From sequence record NC_071039.1: a stretch of 64,000 bases of DNA; one strand, written 5' to 3'. Shown in pieces: positions 40,101-48,978 of the stretch. Position numbers and translations under genes: made by a program. Positions within the stretch are counted from its first letter, which is position 1, and every line of letters starts with the position of its first letter. Below the pieces are notes generated by a model that did not search any database, had not been told where the DNA came from, and was given only the letters and a program-made list of their open reading frames with translations.

Positions 40101-41123
40101 ATGCCAGAAGCAGTAAGATTAGGGGATATATGTAGCGGTCATCAAATTGGATATCCACCGCGCCCGAATGTTCAGGGTAGTCCTAACGTATTCGTGAATA
40201 ATTTGCCAGAACACCGAGTAACAGATAAGTGGGATGTGCATTGCAGTCCCACCGGGTCCTGTCACAATAGTACGATGGCAGTAGGATCCCCTAACGTCTG
40301 GGTAAATAATCTTCCTGCTGCTAGGCTAGGCGATTTAGTCGGTTGCACTTCGTTGGCAGCTCAGGGTAGTCCCAACGTTTTTATTAATAACGGCAACACT
40401 GATCCTATAATAGTAGATGATGTAATATTACCTAAAGACCAGAATGAATATATCAACGCAGTAGGAATTCTTCCTTGCGGTCCTTTAGATTATCAGGAAG
40501 GCGATCCTATTGCAGACGAATATGAAACAAATTCAGGGGGAGGACATTATCCTCCCCTACCCCAAACAACACCACCGCCGCCCATATCTAAACCTCCTGT
40601 AGATGAAAATAATAATATTCCCCCGGCGCGACCGCCGATACCCACGGAATGTCCGGTCATAACAGGTAGCATAGATTATTCTATTAGATTAAGTCCTAAT
40701 TTTACAATAGGGGATTTATCTATAAAAGCCACATTTCCTCATGCTATAAAAGCACAACGTGGTCTAACTGTAAATGAAATAGTATGTAATCTTAAAAGTT
40801 TAGCAGAGCATTGCTTAGAACCTATTATAGCACAATATCCGGGAGCTAGAATAAATTCCGGTTTCAGGAATGTACAAAACGGTAAGTCTGATCACGAAAA
40901 GGGTTTTGCTGCCGATTTACAATGGCCAGGAAAGTCGTATGATCAATTATGGCAAATGGTTTTGTGGGTAAAAGATAATGTCCCGTACAAACAACTTATA
41001 TGGGAGCATGGCAACATGCCCTGGATACACATTGCATACGCAAGGACCGGCGAAACGTCTGCTACTAGGGTAATGACTATGTATCAGAATCAATATAGTC
41101 CTGGATTAAAGAAAATGCGTTAA
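40101..41123 (+). CDS. PAAR spike-tip protein fused to an M15A Zn peptidase
   Basis: PAAR (RLGD, PAARLGD, His/Cys), Pro-rich linker, SGFR, SDH..G.AAD, WIHI. Confidence 0.8.
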   Translation: MPEAVRLGDICSGHQIGYPPRPNVQGSPNVFVNNLPEHRVTDKWDVHCSPTGSCHNSTMAVGSPNVWVNNLPAARLGDLVGCTSLAAQGSPNVFINNGNTDPIIVDDVILPKDQNEYINAVGILPCGPLDYQEGDPIADEYETNSGGGHYPPLPQTTPPPPISKPPVDENNNIPPARPPIPTECPVITGSIDYSIRLSPNFTIGDLSIKATFPHAIKAQRGLTVNEIVCNLKSLAEHCLEPIIAQYPGARINSGFRNVQNGKSDHEKGFAADLQWPGKSYDQLWQMVLWVKDNVPYKQLIWEHGNMPWIHIAYARTGETSATRVMTMYQNQYSPGLKKMR

Positions 41124-41163
41124 CTAAATACATTAACTAGACACAAACACACAAGGAGAAAAA

Positions 41164-41388
41164 ATGTCTGCTAGTAAAACACCGTACGAAATTAGACTTA
41201 ATATTTTAGAACTTGCTTATAAAATCGTAAGAGATAAAAAACAAGCAGATTATATAAGTAAAAGCATATATTCATCTGGAAGTGTTGTCATAACAGAATG
41301 TATAGATATTTCGGCAGATGAAGTAATAGAAGTAGCAAAAAAGCTTAATTCGTTTATTTCTACGTCTGAAAAGAGACTAAATGGTTAA
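41164..41388 (+). CDS. Small conserved phage protein
   Basis: SKTPYEIRL.IL; CTAAATA 41124-41130, SD AAGGAG. Confidence 0.6.
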   Translation: MSASKTPYEIRLNILELAYKIVRDKKQADYISKSIYSSGSVVITECIDISADEVIEVAKKLNSFISTSEKRLNG

Positions 41389-41596
41389 AATCCAAATACC
41401 TATACTAGATGAAAATAAACGCGACATGATGTTGTGGTGTTCTGAGAACGTTAGTCCTGCAGATTATTATATCATGTCGTCGTATGATAGTGAAAATTAC
41501 AGAATATGTATTACTTTTGCGTTCTTTGAAGAAAGTGATGCACTTATGTTTATGTTATACTTTTCTATACCTGACAGTAATATTTATAGACATTGA
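41381..41596 (+). CDS. Small protein of the WC.EN...F.F....A..F.L family
   Basis: WCSENV...FAFFEESDALMFML. Confidence 0.55.
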   Translation: MVKIQIPILDENKRDMMLWCSENVSPADYYIMSSYDSENYRICITFAFFEESDALMFMLYFSIPDSNIYRH

Positions 41597-41621
41597 CTTG
41601 CTACTACAACAGTTGTATAAT
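41593..41621 (+). promoter_or_regulatory. Sigma70 promoter
   Basis: TTGACT-17 bp-TATAAT. Confidence 0.75.
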
Positions 41622-41653
41622 GTAACTATATTAGTACAACTGGATGAATAAAC

Positions 41654-42415
41654 ATGAACTTAGCACACTGTACTTCAGGCTATTCGAAAATGCTAGTTAT
41701 TAGTGATATTCATTCGGCAGCTGACAAACTAAAACAAGCGTTAGACTATGCAACTAAACATGACATGTTTGTTGTATTTCTCGGCGATTTAGTCGACGGT
41801 GTAGTTAATGCAAAACCTATGGAAACTCTATTAATGGTAAAATCAGTAATAGAGAGTAACTGCGGTGCATTAATTATAGGAAATCATGATGACAAATTCT
41901 ATCGCTGGGCGCAAGGTAACGAAGTTGTGTTGGGTAACCAACAGCAATCTACATTAGAAAGCATAGGCGATTATTTAATTTCTGAATTTTCCGACTGCAT
42001 AACAGACATTATAACCAATTGCAATGCATATTACTATGCATATTTAAACAATTGGTTATTTGCTCACGGTGCAGTAGCAGAATCCATGTGGGATTATCCT
42101 GTAGCAGTGTCAAAGTATGAGAGGTATATGTTACTGTACGGTCAAACCAATGGTCAACGTGATAATACAGGCTTTCCCGTTAGACTTTATAGTTGGACGG
42201 ATCATGTCCCTTCGGGCAAATGGTGTATAGTAGGACACGATAGAGCACCTTTTCACGGAAAGAAAATAACACACCCCGTAATACATGTAAACAATAATAA
42301 AGGTAGGACTATCTTTATGGACACGTCGTGCGGGAAAATACCGGAAGGTAAGCTTAGTTGTGCAATATTGGATATACAATCTGTTATTAGATTAGAGAAA
42401 TTTATAGCAATATGA
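41654..42415 (+). CDS. Calcineurin-like metallophosphoesterase (Pnkp/PrpE type)
   Basis: DIH, GDLVD, GNHD, AHG, LYGQT.G..D..GFPVR, GHD. Confidence 0.8.
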   Translation: MNLAHCTSGYSKMLVISDIHSAADKLKQALDYATKHDMFVVFLGDLVDGVVNAKPMETLLMVKSVIESNCGALIIGNHDDKFYRWAQGNEVVLGNQQQSTLESIGDYLISEFSDCITDIITNCNAYYYAYLNNWLFAHGAVAESMWDYPVAVSKYERYMLLYGQTNGQRDNTGFPVRLYSWTDHVPSGKWCIVGHDRAPFHGKKITHPVIHVNNNKGRTIFMDTSCGKIPEGKLSCAILDIQSVIRLEKFIAI

Positions 42416-42780
42416 AATACTTGGCTGTAGTTGGCAGTAGAGGGTACATAGATTCTGACTTTATATTCTTGGTATTGGATGCACTTTTTACAGAATATAT
42501 GTACGAAGGTATAGTATCGGGCGGATGTAAAAATAGTCCCGATGAAATAGCTGCTATATACGCAAACTTAAATAATATACCATTACTAGAAATAAAACCA
42601 AACTGGAAACAATACGGTAAATCTGCAGGTTTCAAAAGAAATGTAGAAATATGGGATAACGCACATTCTGGTGTTGCATTCTGGGATGGAGTCAGTAAAG
42701 GAACAAAACACAGCTTCTATATAGCTAAAAGTCAAAATAAAGATATAATAATTTTTAAAGGAAAGGAGTTGTATGAATGA
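42412..42780 (+). CDS. SLOG-family (DUF2493/YspA-like) protein
   Basis: AVVGSR, IVSGG, AGFKRN, AFWDG.SKGT. Confidence 0.75.
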   Translation: MKYLAVVGSRGYIDSDFIFLVLDALFTEYMYEGIVSGGCKNSPDEIAAIYANLNNIPLLEIKPNWKQYGKSAGFKRNVEIWDNAHSGVAFWDGVSKGTKHSFYIAKSQNKDIIIFKGKELYE

Positions 42781-43093
42781 TAGTTTTATGTTCTATGGCC
42801 AAATAATTAATTTTGTTGTTTTTGCCATAGTGGTTATTGTATCGTTTATTAAGATGATTTATATTATAGCTGACGATGAAACTGAAGACACTTTATCTGA
42901 AAAAATAAACAAACATCTGTTCGATTGGTTTTGGTTAGCAATAGGACAATTTTTATTCTGTTTTATTCCGTTATTATATACTGCATTCTGGGCAATTATT
43001 GTATTACAACACGCATTGGTTTTTATAACAAAACAAATAATAAATTCGAACTATATTCGAAAATACAGAACATTTAACAAACTTAAAAAATAA
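42773..43093 (+). CDS. Small membrane protein
   Basis: Two to three hydrophobic segments. Confidence 0.5.
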   Translation: MNDSFMFYGQIINFVVFAIVVIVSFIKMIYIIADDETEDTLSEKINKHLFDWFWLAIGQFLFCFIPLLYTAFWAIIVLQHALVFITKQIINSNYIRKYRTFNKLKK

Positions 43094-43989
43094 TGAATAA
43101 TTACGATCCGCAATATTTAAACATAATTAAAACTATTTTAGATACAGGTATAGATAGGGATGATAGGACCGGAATAGGATCCAGGGCTATTTGGGGTGCA
43201 AATATGCACATAAACTTAACAGAAGGATTTCCTATTCAAACTTCACGACGTGCATCGTTAAGAATTGCATTTGAAGAACTTATGTGGATGCTAAGAGGGC
43301 AAGTAGATTCTACAATTTTAAAAAATAAAAACATTAACATTTGGGAAGGAAATACTACTAGAGAATTTTTAGATAGTAGAAAATTAAATTATTTGCCAGT
43401 AGGCCATATCGGCAAAGGATATGGATTCCAGATGAGAAATTTTGGAGGTCATTATTCTACTGTAAACGGAATCACAGATTACAGTAAACTTGACAATACT
43501 GGCATAGATCAGATAAAAAATTTAATAGAATCTTTAACCAAGGATCCACACTCTAGAAGACATATTGTTTTACACTGGAATCCTACCCAATTAGATGATG
43601 CTGCCTTACCTAGCTGTCATTTATATCATCAGTATCAAATTCTTGATGGAAAATTAAATAGTAGTTTTGTTGCAAGAAGTCAAGATATATGCTTCGGTAC
43701 ACCTACTAATATAATGTTTTATTCTCTATTAAATCATTTTATAGCAAATGTACTCGGTATAGAACCAGGAATATTATACTATTCTGGAATGGATGTCCAC
43801 ATTTACAACAACCAAATGGACATGGCAAAAGAATTAATAACCAGGTCCTGGCATGACTTACCTAAACTTATAATTAAAAAGGATTTAAAGACTTTAGATG
43901 ATATACTATCACTTGAATTCGAAGATATAGAACTAGAAAATTACAAATGTAATCCAGATGTTTCTAATAAACCTAGGATGGCTATATAA
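43093..43989 (+). CDS. thyA: Thymidylate synthase
   Basis: DRTG.G, EEL.W, YGFQ.R, SRR, LPSCH, RSQD, Asn determinant, HIY. Confidence 0.93.
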   Translation: MNNYDPQYLNIIKTILDTGIDRDDRTGIGSRAIWGANMHINLTEGFPIQTSRRASLRIAFEELMWMLRGQVDSTILKNKNINIWEGNTTREFLDSRKLNYLPVGHIGKGYGFQMRNFGGHYSTVNGITDYSKLDNTGIDQIKNLIESLTKDPHSRRHIVLHWNPTQLDDAALPSCHLYHQYQILDGKLNSSFVARSQDICFGTPTNIMFYSLLNHFIANVLGIEPGILYYSGMDVHIYNNQMDMAKELITRSWHDLPKLIIKKDLKTLDDILSLEFEDIELENYKCNPDVSNKPRMAI

Positions 43990-44300
43990 TGAAAACTCCG
44001 ATCAATGTAACATACGATATCGTTGATGTAGTGGAAACTTTAAAAAAAGTAGAGCAATTATTATCTACGCCAGATATTATAGACATTTTAGAAAAAGAAA
44101 ATATAATGGATAAATTAAAAGGCGAAGATCATGTATATACATCTGAGTCTTTGCTAAGTATGCTAACCACTATGTGTGCCCGCATAAATGAAATTCAAAC
44201 AGACATATCATTGATAAAAAATACAGTTAATTCTATTAAAGATGCAATTGTATCAATGCCTAAAACAACCCCGTTGCCTCATATTCCGCATTTATTTTAA
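43989..44300 (+). CDS. Hypothetical protein
   Basis: 103 aa. Confidence 0.5.
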   Translation: MKTPINVTYDIVDVVETLKKVEQLLSTPDIIDILEKENIMDKLKGEDHVYTSESLLSMLTTMCARINEIQTDISLIKNTVNSIKDAIVSMPKTTPLPHIPHLF

Positions 44301-44349
44301 CTATGTAGTTAATGATGTTAAAACGTATCTAAATATCTTTGTCATTGGG

Positions 44350-44378
44350 TTGACACGGAAGAAAACGTATAGTATACT
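44350..44378 (+). promoter_or_regulatory. Sigma70 promoter for folE-queD
   Basis: TTGACA-17 bp-TATACT. Confidence 0.8.
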
Positions 44379-44448
44379 ATACAAATAATTAAAGCAAAGT
44401 GCAGGCGGCACTTTGCTTATCAAACTAAAATGATTTCAGGAGGAAATC

Positions 44449-45138
44449 GTGTCGTTAAACAAAACTAAAACTGATGCCGAACTAGGCAAAAAAGTACAGC
44501 AATATTTAATCCAACAAGGAGTAGAAACTCCTATGCAAGAGCAAACTCTAAACGTTAAAGAGCGGATAGATAAAATTGAATCTCATTTTGTTGAAATTAT
44601 GAATGCACTTGCGTTGGATCTTTCCGACGATAGTCTTGCAGAAACGCCTCGTCGAGTAGCAAAAATGTATGTATCTGAGATATTTTATGGCTTGGATTAT
44701 GAGGCATTTCCTAAATGCACCACTATTGAAAATAAATTTAATGCAAATGAAATGGTCTTAGTAAAAGATATAGATTTATATTCTCAGTGCGAACATCATA
44801 TTTTACCAATAATTTCTGGATCATCTTCCGGTCGAGGTGGAATATCGGTTGCTTATATTCCTAAAAATAAAGTAATAGGTCTCTCTAAATTAAATAGAGT
44901 GGCAGAATTTTTCTGCAAGCGACCTCAAGTTCAAGAACGACTCACATTGCAAATATTTCATGCATTACGGTATATTCTGGAAACAGACGATGTTGCTGTT
45001 TTGATTAACGGAAGGCATCTGTGTGTGGAATCTAGGGGCGTAGAAGATACAAGTTCGAGTACGATAACTTCTAAATTAAGTGGTGCATTTAGCAACGATC
45101 CTGCCACCCGTGCAGAATTTATGTCTCTTGTAAAATAA
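44449..45138 (+). CDS. folE: GTP cyclohydrolase I
   Basis: ETPRRVAKMY, CEHH, GLSKLNR, RPQVQERLT, HLCV..RGV. Confidence 0.95.
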   Translation: MSLNKTKTDAELGKKVQQYLIQQGVETPMQEQTLNVKERIDKIESHFVEIMNALALDLSDDSLAETPRRVAKMYVSEIFYGLDYEAFPKCTTIENKFNANEMVLVKDIDLYSQCEHHILPIISGSSSGRGGISVAYIPKNKVIGLSKLNRVAEFFCKRPQVQERLTLQIFHALRYILETDDVAVLINGRHLCVESRGVEDTSSSTITSKLSGAFSNDPATRAEFMSLVK

Positions 45139-45142
45139 CAAA

Positions 45143-45175
45143 AACTACTATGGATAGGTCCTATCCATAGTAGTT
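45143..45175. repeat. 33-bp near-perfect palindrome
   Basis: AACTACTATGGATAGG-t-CCTATCCATAGTAGTT. Confidence 0.9.
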
Positions 45176-45205
45176 ACACATAGCATATTAATAAGGAATA
45201 TAAAA

Positions 45206-45724
45206 TTGTGGCAGATTAATAAAAGTTTCAGTTTTGCATATGCTCACAGAGTCCATAATCAACACTTAGATGCAGATTTAGTTGAAGACACCAAATGCAA
45301 ATGCAGGCATTTACACGGACATACAGGTAAAGTAGTTATTCATTTAACTGGAACTTCTTTAGTAAACGGTATGGTAACTGATTTTAAGCATTTAGGTTTT
45401 CTTAAAAAATTTATAGATGACGTAATCGACCATAAGTTTATTATAGATGCAAACGATCCTAATTTTAGTAAGATAACCAATGCATCTAAATATTCTACTA
45501 TAAGTTTTGAGCACTATGGAATATTCGATACATCTGAAGAGACAGTAGAACACGAAAAGGAACATGCAGATAGTTTTGTAATAGTAGATTTTGTTCCTAC
45601 TGCAGAAAATTTAGCTAAATGGATCTGGGAATATGCTGAAAGCATTTTAGAACAAAAAGGTATAACTGTTTCTAAAGTAGAATGGTGGGAAACTGATAAA
45701 GCTTGTGCAACATATATTGCATAA
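45206..45724 (+). CDS. queD: QueD / 6-pyruvoyl-tetrahydropterin synthase family (copy 1)
   Basis: AHR, CRHLHGH, V.DF, DH, PTAENLA, ET. Confidence 0.85.
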   Translation: MWQINKSFSFAYAHRVHNQHLDADLVEDTKCKCRHLHGHTGKVVIHLTGTSLVNGMVTDFKHLGFLKKFIDDVIDHKFIIDANDPNFSKITNASKYSTISFEHYGIFDTSEETVEHEKEHADSFVIVDFVPTAENLAKWIWEYAESILEQKGITVSKVEWWETDKACATYIA

Positions 45725-45741
45725 TATAAAGGTAGATATAA

Positions 45742-46968
45742 ATGTCGAAAGAAACATGCTCTTATTGCAATAAAGGCAAAGATGATGTGTCTAAGTTGTT
45801 TCGTAGCCCTGCTAAATATGGATCAAATGTATATATATGTGACCAGTGTGTAACTCAGTGCAACAATTTTTTAGAAACTGCCGAAACAAATGATCAGGAA
45901 TCTAATAAATTAGAAATAAAATACACACCTGAAGAATTAAAGGAATTGCTAGATAAAGACATTGTAGGGCAAGATCACGCAAAAGAATTACTAAGTCTAG
46001 CGGTGTATAATCATTATAAACGGGTAAACTATAACACCACTGAACATGATGTAGAGTTATCTAAATCTAATATAATGCTATTGGGACCCTCAGGTAGCGG
46101 TAAGACATTTTTAATATCTAGTATATCTAAATTGTTAAACATACCTTTTGTTTCTGTAGATTCTACTTCGCTAACAGAGGCAGGATATGTCGGCGATCAT
46201 GTAGAGACTATATTTACTAGATTAATTGCAGAAGCAAATGGTGACATAGAACTAGCACAACGTGGAATCGTGTTTATAGATGAAATAGATAAGAAGCGTT
46301 CTAAAAAAGGAACAAATTCTGCAGGATCTGATGTTTCCGGCGAGGGCGTTCAACAGTCTTTACTTCGGGTGTTAGAAGGAACAACGATTAAATTAGAACT
46401 AAATTCTAACAGTATGTTTAGTCCTAGACAGGAAATTATGTTTGACACAACTAACGTTTTGTTTATAGTTGGCGGCGCATTTATAGGACTAGATGCAGTA
46501 ATAAATAAAAGACTTAGTTCTACTAAATCTCAAATGGGATTTGGTTCCGAAGCCGGTAAACCCATAGAAGGTAGTTTATTCTATGTAGAACCGGAAGATT
46601 TGTATACATACGGTTTTATAAGAGAATTTGTAGGAAGATTTCCTGTTCTTATCGCGTTTCATGATGTAACAGAGACTATGCTTCGTCGAATTCTAGTAGA
46701 GCCTAAAAGTTCTATACTTAAACAATATCAAACTATGTTTAAATTAGATAACATTGAATTAGAATTCGATGAAGATTTTATAAAATCTGTTGCTACTACA
46801 GCGTTTAATAGGAAAACAGGCGCTCGTGGTTTAAGAACTATTTTAGAAAAAGAACTATCTAGTATAGCATATAGATTGCCTTCTATAAGACGAGAAGGGT
46901 TTAGCAAGATTATTATACACGAACTAGGAAAACATAATTTCATAAAAGGGCAAAATGAAGACATTTAA
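45742..46968 (+). CDS. clpX: ClpX ATPase
   Basis: C4 Zn finger, GPSGSGKT, GYVG pore loop, DEIDK, DVSGEGVQQ, MGF loop, TGARGLR. Confidence 0.93.
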   Translation: MSKETCSYCNKGKDDVSKLFRSPAKYGSNVYICDQCVTQCNNFLETAETNDQESNKLEIKYTPEELKELLDKDIVGQDHAKELLSLAVYNHYKRVNYNTTEHDVELSKSNIMLLGPSGSGKTFLISSISKLLNIPFVSVDSTSLTEAGYVGDHVETIFTRLIAEANGDIELAQRGIVFIDEIDKKRSKKGTNSAGSDVSGEGVQQSLLRVLEGTTIKLELNSNSMFSPRQEIMFDTTNVLFIVGGAFIGLDAVINKRLSSTKSQMGFGSEAGKPIEGSLFYVEPEDLYTYGFIREFVGRFPVLIAFHDVTETMLRRILVEPKSSILKQYQTMFKLDNIELEFDEDFIKSVATTAFNRKTGARGLRTILEKELSSIAYRLPSIRREGFSKIIIHELGKHNFIKGQNEDI

Positions 46969-47161
46969 TATAATTAGTGGTCTTACTGTAGAAGTAAGAC
47001 ACGATAACTTTAACCAAGCACTTAGAACTTTTACTAAAAAGGTTCAAAATTCAGGAAAATTAAAAGAAGTTAGAGAACGCGAATTCTATGAAAAGCCTTC
47101 TGTAAAAAAGACAAAAGCTAAAAAAGCAGCAATTCAACGCCAGAAAAAGAAAAAAATATAA
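46955..47161 (+). CDS. rpsU: Ribosomal protein bS21 homologue
   Basis: ALR.F.KKV...G.L.E.R.REFYEKPS, basic tail. Confidence 0.88.
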   Translation: MKTFNIISGLTVEVRHDNFNQALRTFTKKVQNSGKLKEVREREFYEKPSVKKTKAKKAAIQRQKKKKI

Positions 47162-47163
47162 TA

Positions 47164-47499
47164 ATGGATCTTTGCAGGATTTTAAATAATGAACTTATGT
47201 TTTGCAGAAATCGTAGGAATAAACTCTATTATAGCCTACGGCAATTGGATAAAGTTGACATCCCTGTAGATCCTGCAGATTCTTTACTTATTTCCAGCAT
47301 AAAAATGGATATAGAACAGCTCCAATCGTATAAAGATGCTATATCCGAATGCAGTAGACTTGAACAACGTATAATCTGTATAGATAAAACTATGCAGTAT
47401 ATCCGTCGGTATTGCAATCATAAGTTTGTGTATCACAATACTAATTATCATACAAATACAGATGCAGAAAAATGCATTTATTGCGGATTAATAATTTAA
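47164..47499 (+). CDS. Hypothetical protein with C-terminal Zn-ribbon-like motif
   Basis: C.HK......C..CG. Confidence 0.5.
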   Translation: MDLCRILNNELMFCRNRRNKLYYSLRQLDKVDIPVDPADSLLISSIKMDIEQLQSYKDAISECSRLEQRIICIDKTMQYIRRYCNHKFVYHNTNYHTNTDAEKCIYCGLII

Positions 47500-47500
47500 T

Positions 47501-47971
47501 ATGGCATATTTTTCAACTAAGAGATTCGGACCTATTTCCACCGGCCATCGTCAATGGAAAGATACGGGTCATTGCAGCAGAATACACGGCTACGGAAGAA
47601 CAGTGAAGATTGTTTTTTCTGCTACTACATTAGATGATAAATTGTGGGTAGTAGATTTCGGCGGATTGAAAGATTTCAGGAAATGGCTGGAAGAACAATG
47701 GGATCATAATGTTTTAGTTGCATCTGACGATCCCAAGTTAAATATCCTTAAACAAATGGAACAAGAAGGTCTAGTTAAATTAAATATAATGGATGTTAAA
47801 AAAGGCCATGGTCCCGGAATAGAAGGTTCATGTAAGCATCTGTTTGACTATTTGAATCCCATTATAGAAAAACAATCTGGCGGAAGATGTTGGGTCCATA
47901 GTATAGAAATATGGGAACACGAAAACAATTCCGCTATATATGAAACATATAAGTCAACATTTAAAAGATAA
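47501..47971 (+). CDS. queD: QueD/PTPS family (copy 2)
   Basis: GHRQ, CSRIHGY, VVDFGGLK, DH, WEHENNSA. Confidence 0.8.
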   Translation: MAYFSTKRFGPISTGHRQWKDTGHCSRIHGYGRTVKIVFSATTLDDKLWVVDFGGLKDFRKWLEEQWDHNVLVASDDPKLNILKQMEQEGLVKLNIMDVKKGHGPGIEGSCKHLFDYLNPIIEKQSGGRCWVHSIEIWEHENNSAIYETYKSTFKR

Positions 47972-47978
47972 ATAACAT

Positions 47979-48057
47979 TAGTATTCCATGAGGAATACTA
48001 TACAATGAGTGCCTTATTGGGCTCACACTATATCTTGCGTAAAGGAGATTAAAAATG
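47979..48057 (+). promoter_or_regulatory. ROSE-like RNA thermometer candidate in hsp20 leader
   Basis: Three hairpins; the last pairs AUCUU(G)C with G-GAGAU across the SD, with a bulged G. Confidence 0.6.
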
Positions 48058-48486
48058 CAAAAACATGTTATAATGTCATCTAACCTAGCTAATTATAGAT
48101 ATGCACTAGGTGCAACTGATTTACTTAATACTATTACTAATGAACTTAGTAGCCAGAAGTTTCCTCCCCATAATTTGATAAAGAATGCAGACGGTAGCTA
48201 TTGTCTTGAATTAGCTCTTGCTGGATATGATAAATCTGAGCTAGACGTTTATGTAGATAGCAGAGAACGACTGTTAGTAATAGAAACAAAACCGGAACGA
48301 ATTTTTAAAACTGAAGTAGAATACGAACACAAAGGTATTTCTAGTAAAGATTTTTCTGTCAAATTCAGGCTTGTAGACGATCTTATAAATATATCTTCGT
48401 GCGGTATGAAAAATGGCATTCTAACAATAAAAATTCAACCGCCGAGTCCTGCAGAATCACAACGAAAAGTAATTGATATAGAATAA
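48055..48486 (+). CDS. Small heat shock protein (Hsp20/IbpA-like)
   Basis: FPPHNL, LELALAG, HKGIS...F, NGIL.I. Confidence 0.92.
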   Translation: MQKHVIMSSNLANYRYALGATDLLNTITNELSSQKFPPHNLIKNADGSYCLELALAGYDKSELDVYVDSRERLLVIETKPERIFKTEVEYEHKGISSKDFSVKFRLVDDLINISSCGMKNGILTIKIQPPSPAESQRKVIDIE

Positions 48487-48494
48487 TGTTTACA

Positions 48495-48527
48495 AATAAA
48501 AAGCTGGTATTCCAGCTTTTTATTTTT
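48495..48527 (+). terminator. Bidirectional terminator
   Basis: AATAAAAAGCTGG-tatt-CCAGCTTTTTATT. Confidence 0.8.
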
Positions 48528-48601
48528 GCTATATAACTTGACGACACTGTTTAAACATATATAATAATGTGTATCAATTACGATCAACTTGGGATTTAAA
48601 A

Positions 48602-48904
48602 ATGACTGTAAAGGTAGCTAATAAAGTTGAAACTTCGTCTACTGTATTTCAACCTAAGAAATATAATGTAGTTTTTCACAACGATAACAAAACCACTATG
48701 GAATTTGTTATGCAATTGTTAGTATATATATATGACTACGATGCATCTAGCGCATACAATACAATGATGGAAGTGCATGAACGCGGCGCAAAGATTGTAG
48801 GCAGCTATACAAAAGAAATTGCAGAATCGAAACAGTCTAAATCTGTTCAACTTGCTATTAACAACGGTTATCCTGATTTTAAAGTAACTGTAGAAGAATC
48901 GTAA
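48602..48904 (+). CDS. clpS: ClpS adaptor
   Basis: P..YNVVFHNDNKTTMEFV, MMEVHERG, EIAESK. Confidence 0.88.
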   Translation: MTVKVANKVETSSTVFQPKKYNVVFHNDNKTTMEFVMQLLVYIYDYDASSAYNTMMEVHERGAKIVGSYTKEIAESKQSKSVQLAINNGYPDFKVTVEES

Positions 48905-48978
48905 TACAGCAAAAACGGGGGTAGACACCTGCCCCCTTCCCTATTATAATAAATAAAGCATATAGGGATATAAGAATT

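Noticed and set aside
44392-44430. preQ1-I riboswitch before folE
   Set aside because: The tail AAACUAA is suggestive, but the stem is 11 bp and the 5-nt loop lacks the ligand-binding loop and pseudoknot partner.
44449-47971. Claim of 7-deazaguanine-modified DNA
   Set aside because: queE, queC and dpdA are not in the window, so only the first two pathway steps are visible.
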